Both the position numbers and the translations under genes were made by a program. From a candidate division WOR-3 bacterium (GTDB lineage Bacteria > Hydrothermota > Tepidihabitantia > SM23-42 > JAOAFX01), in NCBI GenBank assembly GCA_039802205.1, contig JBDRWD010000003.1, positions 11,388-75,387 of the forward strand: DNA of 64,000 bases, written 5' to 3'. The stretch's first letter is position 1; each line of letters opens with the position of its first letter. Shown piece by piece: positions 39,215 through 47,855 of the stretch. A model generated the notes under the pieces. That model saw nothing but the letters and a program-made list of their open reading frames with translations. It did no database searches and was not told the DNA's origin.

Positions 39215-40093
39215 GTGGCGATGTATAGTATGACTGGAATCGGTCGGGCAAGTGGGACGATCAAAAGTCCACCGATAAAATTTGATGTGGAAATAAGGTC
39301 CTACAATCATCGTTTTTTGGATATTTCTTTGAAATTACCTAGCTCTTTCAGTCCTTTTGAGGATGAAATAAAGAAAATTCTCCAAAAGAATCTCTGCCGG
39401 GGACATATCGTTGTTGTTGTGCAACAGGACCGGGAGATTTTAGGCAACAGATTTGAGGTTGATAAAGAATTATTGGATGCGTACCTTACGGTCGCACGCT
39501 CGATCAAAAAGAAATATAAATTGGCTGGCTCATTAAATATCAACACCATACTGGCGATTCCCGGGTTGATAAAAATCAGTCAATCTCAGACTGATACCAG
39601 CCTGATATTCAAAAATTTTAAACCAATTTTTATGCGGGCACTCCGGGAATTGTTGAAGACTAAAAAAAGAGAGGGCGAGCATACGAAACAGGAAATTTTT
39701 AAAATTCTTGGCGATATTGAAAGGGAAGTAGAGAAGATAAAAGAGATGATCCCGGAGCGCAACATCTATTATAAAAAACATCTTGATAACCTGACCAAAG
39801 AATTTAACGAAAACCTCGACCGGACGCGGCTCTATCAGGAAATACTCTACATTGCGGACCGAACCGATGTCTCTGAGGAATATGCAAGGCTTCTTGGGCA
39901 CATTGACCTTTTCAAAGATACCCTGACTCATGAGAAATATCCTGGACGTCGTTTGAATTTTCTGCTCCAGGAGATGCAGCGGGAGGCGAATACTTTGAGT
40001 GTGAAGGCAAATTATTTAAAAATTAGTGAATCGGTGGTAAATATAAAAGAGGCGATTGAGAAAATTCGGGAGCAAATTCAGAACATTGAATAA
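39215..40093 (+). CDS. yicC: YicC-family stress-induced protein
   Basis: MTGIGRA at the N-terminus and DVSEEYARLLGHIDLF...LNFLLQEMQREANT at the C-terminus. Confidence 0.85.
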   Translation: MAMYSMTGIGRASGTIKSPPIKFDVEIRSYNHRFLDISLKLPSSFSPFEDEIKKILQKNLCRGHIVVVVQQDREILGNRFEVDKELLDAYLTVARSIKKKYKLAGSLNINTILAIPGLIKISQSQTDTSLIFKNFKPIFMRALRELLKTKKREGEHTKQEIFKILGDIEREVEKIKEMIPERNIYYKKHLDNLTKEFNENLDRTRLYQEILYIADRTDVSEEYARLLGHIDLFKDTLTHEKYPGRRLNFLLQEMQREANTLSVKANYLKISESVVNIKEAIEKIREQIQNIE

Positions 40094-40679
40094 AAAGGCA
40101 AAATTAATTGTCATATCAGGTCCATCGGGCGTAGGTAAGACTACAATCTGTAATGCAATAATCGCCCGTCGGAAAGATATCGTTTACTCCATTTCGGCGA
40201 CCTCTCGGCCAAAAAGAAAGGGTGAGGTGGATGGTAGGGAGTATTATTTTTTAACTGAAGATGAGTTTAAACGCTGGATTGCGGATGGTAAATTTGTGGA
40301 ATATGCCCGGGTACACGGGAATTACTATGGCACCCCCCGGGCATTCCTTGAGGAGAATTTAAAAAAAGGCTTTCATGTGCTGATGGATATCGACGTCCAG
40401 GGTGCGAAGAAATTGATGCCCATTTATCCCGATGGAATTTATATTTTCGTCTTACCCCCAGATTTTGATGAACTCAAAAAAAGACTGGTGAAACGCAATA
40501 CCGACGACGAAAAAGAGATTGCAAATAGGCTTAAGAATGCCCACGAAGAACTGAAATATCTGCCAGATTATAAATATGTAGTAAAGAATACAAATCTTGA
40601 GGATGCCGTCACGGAAATTCTGCGGATTATTGATAAAGAGACAAATGAACAGTCCGAAAAGAAACATAAAAACGCATAA
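40056..40679 (+). CDS. gmk: Guanylate kinase
   Basis: GPSGVGKTT, SATSRPKRKGEVDGREYYF and YGT. The start is uncertain; an in-frame TTG at 40086 would reduce the overlap with yicC from 38 nt to 8 nt. Confidence 0.85.
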   Translation: MRKFGSKFRTLNKKAKLIVISGPSGVGKTTICNAIIARRKDIVYSISATSRPKRKGEVDGREYYFLTEDEFKRWIADGKFVEYARVHGNYYGTPRAFLEENLKKGFHVLMDIDVQGAKKLMPIYPDGIYIFVLPPDFDELKKRLVKRNTDDEKEIANRLKNAHEELKYLPDYKYVVKNTNLEDAVTEILRIIDKETNEQSEKKHKNA

Positions 40680-41476
40680 TGCGTAAACAGGTTGAGCACC
40701 CGATGGACGAGATAATTTTCCTGGGAACAGGCGGGGCGCGCTATGTGATCGCTCGGCAATTGCGGGCGACAGGCGGCATATTTTTCTGCATCGGAGGTAA
40801 AAATATTCTGGTTGATCCCGGACCCGAGTCTTATTATCGTTTCTTGACTTATCTTCCCAAATTCAATCCGGAAAAGATCGACTTGGTCATTTTAACCCAT
40901 AAACACATTGACCATTCGGCGGATGTGAATGTTTATCTGGATGTAATGACCGAGGGAGGATTTAAGAAAAATGGGTATTTAGCAGCACCGGCGGATGCCT
41001 TCGGAAAAGGAGGGGTGGTATTTGAATATCTGCTGGAATTTTTAAAAGAGATAAAAATAATAAAAGCGGGTCTGGAGATAAATCTCAATGGGTTACAGAT
41101 TAAATTTCCGCTTCGCCATGAACACCGGGTGGAGACCTATGGTTTTAAGTTAACTTATAATGATTATTCAATTTCCTATATTGTTGATACAAAATTCTTT
41201 CCTGATTTGATTCACGCTTACCGGGCCGAGATAATTATCTTAAGCCTTTTGAAGCTCGAATCTTCAGATATTGATCACCTTTCAGTAGCTGATTGCGCAG
41301 AGATTATCAATGGTATTAAGCCGCGGGTAGCAATCATCACGCACTTTGGGATGACCGTGATTCGGGCCGGACCCTGGAATATCGCCCGGGAATTGAAAAA
41401 GAAAACTGGAGTGACAGTTTTGGCTGCAGAAGATGGAAAACACTATGAAATTCATAAATTGTTAGCCTATGGTTAA
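40679..41476 (+). CDS. MBL-fold metallo-hydrolase
   Basis: LTHKHIDHSADV (HxHxDH). Confidence 0.7.
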   Translation: MRKQVEHPMDEIIFLGTGGARYVIARQLRATGGIFFCIGGKNILVDPGPESYYRFLTYLPKFNPEKIDLVILTHKHIDHSADVNVYLDVMTEGGFKKNGYLAAPADAFGKGGVVFEYLLEFLKEIKIIKAGLEINLNGLQIKFPLRHEHRVETYGFKLTYNDYSISYIVDTKFFPDLIHAYRAEIIILSLLKLESSDIDHLSVADCAEIINGIKPRVAIITHFGMTVIRAGPWNIARELKKKTGVTVLAAEDGKHYEIHKLLAYG

Positions 41477-41659
41477 ATTTTAACCCAATCGCCTTGTTGC
41501 ATATGCTTTTTTGGAATTTGTGATATCGTAACCGATTACAGATATTGACGCTATTGTAAACTATAATAATCTGTGATGATTCTTTAGGAGATACATCAAA
41601 TATTTTTTGGCATAGTCGATCTTGCTTGATAAAAATAAGATCATTTTGGTAGTATAGTC

Positions 41660-41687
41660 TTGACATTTTTAGATTTTTTTATATAAT
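41660..41687 (+). promoter_or_regulatory. sigma70-type promoter (leaderless layout) of the cyclase operon
   Basis: TTGACA, 16 nt, TATAAT, then 8 nt to the ATG at 41696. Confidence 0.6.
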
Positions 41688-41695
41688 ATCTCGTC

Positions 41696-44600
41696 ATGGA
41701 GGAGTGTAAATTTTGTGGCTATAACAAAATTCTTGCATCGTATGAATACTGTCCTAACTGTGGTGCGTTGTTTAGAGCCACTGAGTCCGTTGTCGAGAGT
41801 GAACATGTTAAACTATGGGGTGGAGAGTCTCGGATTGTTACTTTATTTTTTGTGAATTTTATCGCCCCTCGTGCATTCGATGATCCAATAAAAGCAAGAC
41901 AAAACGCCATTTATCTTGCCGAAATTATGAATGATATTGAGAAATTAGTTATTCAACATGGGGGAAGTGCATACAAAATCATCCCGGATAATCGGATATT
42001 GGTCGTTTTTGGTATCCCACGTGCGTCAAAAGAAGACCTCGAACATGCCATTGAGTGTGTCATTGCGGTGCGGGAATATTGTCTCCACAGAATGGACCGC
42101 CGGGATTTTGGGGACTGGCATACAACCTACGGGGTTAATACCGGCTGGGTTTTTTTCGGGTATATTGTTAAAGGACTTTCTTATCTTACAATCATCGGGG
42201 ATACAGTCAATGTTGCAGCAAGAATTGCACAAATCTGTCCGCTGGATCAAATATTTATAAGTGATGCTGTATACGAAAGGATTTCACATTTAGTTGACGC
42301 CGAATTTATAGGAGAGCGAATTTTAAAAGGTCGTGCCCAACCGGTCCGGCTTTATAAATTAAATCAACTTTTGAAGGAAAAAAGGAAGCCAGCAGTATCC
42401 CGGTTCCCACTCTTAGGACGGGAACAGGAATTTGCACGTTTGATTAAGGCCCTGGATACGGTAAAAAAGAGAAAAGTACTTAAAGTTTTTGCTATTACAG
42501 GGCAGATGGGTATTGGAAAAACCCGATTGAAAGAAGAATTTAGAGAATATCTTAGAAAGCAGGAAGACCTTCAGGTATATGAAAGCTATTGTGCATTGGA
42601 AATTCACAGTCCGTATTATCCCTTTAAATTTTTCTTCAGAGAAATCATGGGCATAACAGAAATTGATGATGTGCAAAAAATCATCTACCGGATTGATAAG
42701 TTCGTCCGGGAAAACGGATTGACGGAGCAGGATGCCCAGGGTCTACGATACCTTTTTACTGCTGATACACGCCGGATTCGCGAGGAACGATTGCATAAAA
42801 TTCAGGAGGAGATTTTTAGTGCGGTAAAGAATACGCTTAGTGCCCTGGCGTGCAAGAAGCCACTGGTCTTGATTTTTGAAGAGTTTAATCGCGTCGATAA
42901 TCTAAGTCGGATGTTAGTTTACTTTCTGACACAAAAACTGGCTGATCAGCCAATTTTTATCTTGATGGTCAATTTCATTCCCGATACTGAGTTCAAATTT
43001 AATTTGCCTGTCGAAACAATTGCCCTTAATCCCCTTTCCTTTGAATCGGTATATGCGCTAATTAAGTTTGTTTTGGATAGTGATGTTGATGAACATTTAG
43101 CGGATTTTGTATTCCGGATCTCGGGTGGTAATCCACTTTTTGTTATTGAAACGATAAGGAATATAAAACGGACCCAGATGATTAAAAAGGATGACAAAGG
43201 GAAATGGTTTTTGGAAAGAGAAAAGAGATTGCCTTTTCTTGATGATCTTTATGGGGTGGTTATGTCGGGGGTGGATTCATTACCGGCATCCTATCGTCTG
43301 CTCATTGATTATGCAGCAGTGATTGGATACAGTTTTACTCGGAAAATAATTGCAGGATTATTAAGTGATGTAACAGATATTGAGGAACGGCTAACTTATC
43401 TGGCAAAAGAAGATTATATCGTCCAATTCCGTGATGGCGATGATCCGGTTTATATCTTTCGTCATAATCTGTTACGAGATGCCGTCTATACAACCCTGCC
43501 GATGAAAAAGAGAAAAGAGATCCATAAAAGGGTGGCGGACTTAATTGAGGATAAATATCAGACCTGCCTCACAGAGTATTTTGAGATACTCGCTCAGCAG
43601 TTCCTTGGCGGCGAAGAATTCAAAAAGGCGGCACACTATTTCCGGTTGTCAGGCTATAAGGCAAAGACCCTGTATTCTATCGAATCAGCAATAAATTTTT
43701 TCAATATCATTTTGCGTATAACCGAAGAACATCCTGAAATAATTGAGGAGGATTTAGTCTTAGATGCCCTCCTCAATCTCTGCGATCTTTATGAAATAAA
43801 GGGTGACATTCAACGAATGAAGTCGGTTGCCGAATTGGGTCAAGCGCGCGCAAGCAAATTGAATCTTAAAAATTGGCATTTAAGTTTTCTTGAGCGCCTT
43901 GCTACGGCATTTTATCTTTTAAATGAATACCCTAAAGCTGAAGAGCTATTTATTAATGCCATAGAATCATGTAATAATGAGATGTCAGAAGTTCTGACGG
44001 CGCTCTACACGGGATTGGGCATTCTATACCAGGCAAAAAATGAACCAGAAAAAAGTTTATTAAATTATAATCTTGCCTGGGTAACTGCCCGGAGCAACAA
44101 TTATCAGCAAGGTGAATATGATTGTCTTTTGAATCTTTCCAGGATGCATATCTTACTGGGTAATTATGAACTGAGTCTCGAATATTTGAACTATGCTTTA
44201 AACGAATTGCTGAATGAGGAGGAGATTCTTGAGCAGTCCGAAGTAAAATATCTTATGGGTGAAATATACTACCAGATAGGCAACTACGATTGGGCTGAGA
44301 ATTATTTTCGCGCGGCATTTGATCTAACGCGGCAGTTTGGGTTTGAAATTTCCCTTAGGTCAATCTTGGCACTCACGGTTTTGATGTCTCTGCGGGGTGA
44401 TGAAACTGGGGTGAAAAATAATTTGGACTTCATAGATAAAAATTTACCTCTTTTTGTTCGTGATAATTTGCTTGCCGAGATTAATCTTAAAAAAGGTTTT
44501 GTTTTTAAAAATCTACGGGAAGAAGAAAAAGCAGCAGTCTTTCTCAACAATGCATTGAAACTCATCCAGAAAATCGAGAATAGAGAATTAGAATTCTGGT

Positions 44601-44875
44601 GTCATTTATTCCTCGCGGATTTAGCAGAAATAAAAGCGCTCGATTATTTGAAAAAGGCACTGGACATCGGAGAAATGCTAAAATATCCACCGCTGATTGC
44701 CCATGCCCTTTATAAACTGGCACTGTATTACCAGAAACAGGGAATTCGTGAACAGGCTAATTACTACGGACGGAAAGCACTGTATATTTTGGATGATATA
44801 AAAAATCGGCTAAATCCAGAAAACCGCAAGTATTTCGGCAATAAAACAGAATATGTAACATTATTGGAGATGTAG
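41696..44875 (+). CDS. Zinc-ribbon / class III nucleotidyl cyclase (C2-like) / P-loop AAA_16 NTPase / TPR multidomain protein
   Basis: 1059 aa. C4xxC7...C19xxC22. Cyclase homology domain at about aa 45-225 (IVTLFFVNF..., YKIIPDNRILVVFGIP, TIIGDTVNVAARI). Walker A GQMGIGKT (aa 269-276). The C-terminal 450 aa or so are TPR-like repeats. Confidence 0.8.
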   Translation: MEECKFCGYNKILASYEYCPNCGALFRATESVVESEHVKLWGGESRIVTLFFVNFIAPRAFDDPIKARQNAIYLAEIMNDIEKLVIQHGGSAYKIIPDNRILVVFGIPRASKEDLEHAIECVIAVREYCLHRMDRRDFGDWHTTYGVNTGWVFFGYIVKGLSYLTIIGDTVNVAARIAQICPLDQIFISDAVYERISHLVDAEFIGERILKGRAQPVRLYKLNQLLKEKRKPAVSRFPLLGREQEFARLIKALDTVKKRKVLKVFAITGQMGIGKTRLKEEFREYLRKQEDLQVYESYCALEIHSPYYPFKFFFREIMGITEIDDVQKIIYRIDKFVRENGLTEQDAQGLRYLFTADTRRIREERLHKIQEEIFSAVKNTLSALACKKPLVLIFEEFNRVDNLSRMLVYFLTQKLADQPIFILMVNFIPDTEFKFNLPVETIALNPLSFESVYALIKFVLDSDVDEHLADFVFRISGGNPLFVIETIRNIKRTQMIKKDDKGKWFLEREKRLPFLDDLYGVVMSGVDSLPASYRLLIDYAAVIGYSFTRKIIAGLLSDVTDIEERLTYLAKEDYIVQFRDGDDPVYIFRHNLLRDAVYTTLPMKKRKEIHKRVADLIEDKYQTCLTEYFEILAQQFLGGEEFKKAAHYFRLSGYKAKTLYSIESAINFFNIILRITEEHPEIIEEDLVLDALLNLCDLYEIKGDIQRMKSVAELGQARASKLNLKNWHLSFLERLATAFYLLNEYPKAEELFINAIESCNNEMSEVLTALYTGLGILYQAKNEPEKSLLNYNLAWVTARSNNYQQGEYDCLLNLSRMHILLGNYELSLEYLNYALNELLNEEEILEQSEVKYLMGEIYYQIGNYDWAENYFRAAFDLTRQFGFEISLRSILALTVLMSLRGDETGVKNNLDFIDKNLPLFVRDNLLAEINLKKGFVFKNLREEEKAAVFLNNALKLIQKIENRELEFWCHLFLADLAEIKALDYLKKALDIGEMLKYPPLIAHALYKLALYYQKQGIREQANYYGRKALYILDDIKNRLNPENRKYFGNKTEYVTLLEM

Positions 44876-45517
44876 ATGCTGATTTGCCAGCGCTGCCAAA
44901 ATTCCTTACTTGAAAAATCAAACTTCTGTCCCTATTGTGGTAAAATGCTCTCACCGGAAGGTAAGTTACCTCTGGAAGATATACCTTTAGTTTTTTTGCG
45001 AGCTGATTTATCTGGTTTTACGAGTTTGAGCGAGTCGCTAGAGGCGGAGGATGTGATGCAATTCTTGAATAGCCTTTTTGAAGATTTCTGTAAGATAATA
45101 GAAAAGTACCGAGGCATTCTCTATCAAATAATTGGTGACGAAATCGTCGGTATCTTTGGGTTGACCCACGAAACGGAATATACCCCACATCTTGCGGTTA
45201 TGGCGGTTGAAGAGATAGTAAAGAGGGTAAAAGATTGTGAGCAGATATCCTCTGCATTCAAAGAATGTAAGATAAAATGCGGTATAGAGTTGGCTCAGGC
45301 ATCAATATATAATATTGCGGGTAATCTTCAATCTGCCATAATCGTTACTGACGGTTTTGCCAAGAGTTTAATTTTGCAACGGAATGCAGGTAATAATAGC
45401 GTTTTGGTTGGGGAAACATTTTACCAGGCGACGCGTTCGGTTTTTGAATACGAAGAATATGGGGAATTGGTCGAAAGTCATTTATCAATTCGGGCCTATA
45501 AATTAAAATTGAGGTAG
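44876..45517 (+). CDS. Zinc-ribbon / class III nucleotidyl cyclase domain protein (C1-like)
   Basis: 213 aa. Its ATG directly abuts the upstream TAG. It has C4xxC7...C18xxC21, LVFLRADLSGFTSLSE and YQIIGDEIVGIFG. Confidence 0.75.
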   Translation: MLICQRCQNSLLEKSNFCPYCGKMLSPEGKLPLEDIPLVFLRADLSGFTSLSESLEAEDVMQFLNSLFEDFCKIIEKYRGILYQIIGDEIVGIFGLTHETEYTPHLAVMAVEEIVKRVKDCEQISSAFKECKIKCGIELAQASIYNIAGNLQSAIIVTDGFAKSLILQRNAGNNSVLVGETFYQATRSVFEYEEYGELVESHLSIRAYKLKLR

Positions 45518-45519
45518 TT

Positions 45520-47697
45520 ATGGGTGAGGGACCATCCATTGAATATAAAACTGAATTCATTAAACAACTTGCTTTAGGAATAAATATCTGTCGAATTTAT
45601 CCCCGGGGCCATCCTTCGCTGGAACCGGTTGTCCAGCGCATCAAAATAATGTTAAAAGAACTCCCCATTGAGCAGGAATCAATTTCGCTTGTTGTGATTG
45701 AAGATGTTTTGATGATGGGGGAGGACCGGTTTGATTCCAAAAGATTGCCGCTGGTTAAAAGCTTGGTGGATAGATTCGCGCGCTTGGGAGTGAAGAGTAT
45801 CACATTTAATGTTGATGCCTCAGAGGAAGAAATTCGTGCATTCTTCTTGGCGATGGCCGCAACCCCGGCTGATATTGCGGATTACGGAGATATTGTAGCA
45901 CTGGTGCGGGCGCGGGGGATATTAGGTATCAAAATAAATAAATATCGGGTGGGTGTTGTTTCTTCTGATGAAGAAGTGAGACAATTAGATTGGACAAATT
46001 TCTTAGAATCTTTGGTGATTTCTCATCAGACCTGGAGTGATGAAGATCGGATAAAAAATTTAGGTAATTTTCTCGCTGGTATCGGTGTGCTGGGAAATGA
46101 GACCCCAGAAATACAAACCGAAAAAGTAATCAGTGGCCTGGAAAGGCTTGCGGCATTGATTGCGGATCAATATGGTGAGGAGCGCTGGGATGAATATGCG
46201 GTAATATTTTCCCGGATGCTTGCGGTGATTTCGCCTACCATCAAAAAGAACATCGTCCGGTATAAAACTGAAAATAAAAAACTAGCACTTTTGTTTAAGA
46301 GTTTGATCCCCACCATGCCCGATGAAGATATCATTGACATTATTGCGACCAAAGCCAGAGAGCGGGGACCCCAGGTGGAGGATGAGATAGTAGAAATTCT
46401 GAAAAATATTACCGGCACAAGATTACCGGATATCCTTTCTTCAATAAGGGTAAATATCCCCGAGATCAATTTTGAAAAGATTGTGGCAAGATTGATGAGC
46501 GAAATGAAGGTAACTAAAGGTACGGATGTTGCGGATAAAATAATGGAAAAAAATCTTGAGCAGCAGATGCGCAGTTACTTTCCAAAATTGCGTGATGCCG
46601 CAGCAGCGACGCGGATAGAGGCGATAAATAATTTAATGCAATTCTGTGGAAAAATTTTTGAGGTTAAGAATTATGAACTAGTGCGGTTACTGGTGGATCG
46701 CTTTGATGCCCTGAGTGATACCGAGGAAGATATCAATGTATTTAAAAAAATAATGGAAAGCATGAAAGAATTGTACACCTTAGCACAGAGAAACAATCGG
46801 GAAGAAATAATGCAATTCATTTCTAAGAAATTCGGGAAGCATCTGGTGCGTAAGGAGAAAGCCTTGCTGGAAAAAAAGCATATTGTTATCAAAACCGTCG
46901 CCGAAATCAAAGACCAGAATTATCTGCCAGAACTTATTTCCCTTTTGTGGGATCAAGGTTCTTACGCCCAGGCGCGCGAGGCACTCATCACCATGGCAGA
47001 TTATGCCATTCCGATGCTTGTGGGAACACTTAAGGAGGCTGAAGATAAAGGTGTCCGGATGAAGATCATTGATGTTTTAGTCCACATGGGAGAAAAGGTA
47101 ATCCCTGAGGTGATGAAATTATTGAATTCGCCGGAGTGGTATATTCGAAGGAATGGTATCTATATTCTTGGTGAACTTAAAGCAACCTCGGCGCTTGAAT
47201 ATTTAGGGAAATTGGTTACCGACGAGGATGAACATGTTCAATATGCCGCAATTGAGAGTTTGAATAAAATTGATGGCGAAAGAGTTTATGATTTTATCAA
47301 GTTGGGTTTAAAGAGTAAATATCGCTCGGTTATACTTCTGGCAATGAAATTACTTCCGGCCGAAGATGTGAAAGAGAAATTATTCGAGGTGGCGAACTGG
47401 ATCAGACAGCGAAAGCCTATCCCTGATGAGAAAGAGGAACAATTCCGAAGGTCGGTTATTGAGGTATTAGGAGAAAAAGGCAACGATTCGGTTATTGATT
47501 ATTTAACCGAGGTTTTGGAAGAAAAAGCTTTATTTAAAGGCGAGTTACTACAGCAAACTAAGTTGGTAGCACTGAATGCCCTCGCCCGGATTGGTACACC
47601 TCGGGCGATAAATGTGCTGCGCGATTATTCCAATCATAAAGATGCAGAACTCGCTTCCGCAAGCCGGGAGTTATTGAAAAAGAAAAAAGAAATATAG
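45520..47697 (+). CDS. HEAT-repeat protein, paralogous architecture to 36394-37950
   Basis: 725 aa. Its N-terminal module resembles that of the other HEAT protein and of the HD-GYP protein. C-terminal HEAT repeats (NSPEWYIRRNGIYILGELKA..DEDEHVQYAAIESL). It starts 2 nt after the upstream stop. Confidence 0.7.
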   Translation: MGEGPSIEYKTEFIKQLALGINICRIYPRGHPSLEPVVQRIKIMLKELPIEQESISLVVIEDVLMMGEDRFDSKRLPLVKSLVDRFARLGVKSITFNVDASEEEIRAFFLAMAATPADIADYGDIVALVRARGILGIKINKYRVGVVSSDEEVRQLDWTNFLESLVISHQTWSDEDRIKNLGNFLAGIGVLGNETPEIQTEKVISGLERLAALIADQYGEERWDEYAVIFSRMLAVISPTIKKNIVRYKTENKKLALLFKSLIPTMPDEDIIDIIATKARERGPQVEDEIVEILKNITGTRLPDILSSIRVNIPEINFEKIVARLMSEMKVTKGTDVADKIMEKNLEQQMRSYFPKLRDAAAATRIEAINNLMQFCGKIFEVKNYELVRLLVDRFDALSDTEEDINVFKKIMESMKELYTLAQRNNREEIMQFISKKFGKHLVRKEKALLEKKHIVIKTVAEIKDQNYLPELISLLWDQGSYAQAREALITMADYAIPMLVGTLKEAEDKGVRMKIIDVLVHMGEKVIPEVMKLLNSPEWYIRRNGIYILGELKATSALEYLGKLVTDEDEHVQYAAIESLNKIDGERVYDFIKLGLKSKYRSVILLAMKLLPAEDVKEKLFEVANWIRQRKPIPDEKEEQFRRSVIEVLGEKGNDSVIDYLTEVLEEKALFKGELLQQTKLVALNALARIGTPRAINVLRDYSNHKDAELASASRELLKKKKEI

Positions 47698-47700
47698 CCA

Positions 47701-47773
47701 AGCCAGCGTCCGGATTTGAACCGGAGACCTGCGGTTTACGAAACCGCTGCTCTACCGACTGAGCTACGCTGGC
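47701..47773 (-). tRNA. tRNA-Thr (anticodon CGT)
   Basis: The reverse complement folds as GCCAGCG-TA-GCTC-AGTCGGTA-GAGC-A-GCGGT-TTCGTAA-ACCGC-AGGTC-TCCGG-TTCAAAT-CCGGA-CGCTGGC-T. Confidence 0.9.
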
Positions 47774-47781
47774 GACTCTTG

Positions 47782-47809
47782 ATTATATCAAATTTTCCGA
47801 GAAAGTCAA
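47782..47809 (-). promoter_or_regulatory. sigma70-type promoter abutting tRNA-Thr
   Basis: On the reverse strand: TTGACT, 16 nt, TATAAT. Only 8 nt separate the -10 box from the mature tRNA 5' nucleotide (47773). Confidence 0.55.
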
Positions 47810-47821
47810 TTAAAAATTTTA

Positions 47822-47849
47822 TTGACATCAATAGATTTTTTAATAAAAT
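47822..47849 (+). promoter_or_regulatory. sigma70-type promoter (leaderless layout) of the GGDEF gene
   Basis: TTGACA, 16 nt, TAAAAT, then 6 nt to the ATG at 47856. Confidence 0.55.
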
Positions 47850-47855
47850 AAAATT

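Noticed and set aside
41696-45517. Pycsar/CBASS-like or Avs-like antiviral defence system
   Set aside because: No effector gene (TIR, nuclease, pore-forming TM, phospholipase) or cyclic-nucleotide-binding effector is adjacent. There is no mobile-element context. Cyclase plus AAA_16 plus TPR also occurs in ordinary regulatory cyclases. It is kept only as an open alternative in the finding.
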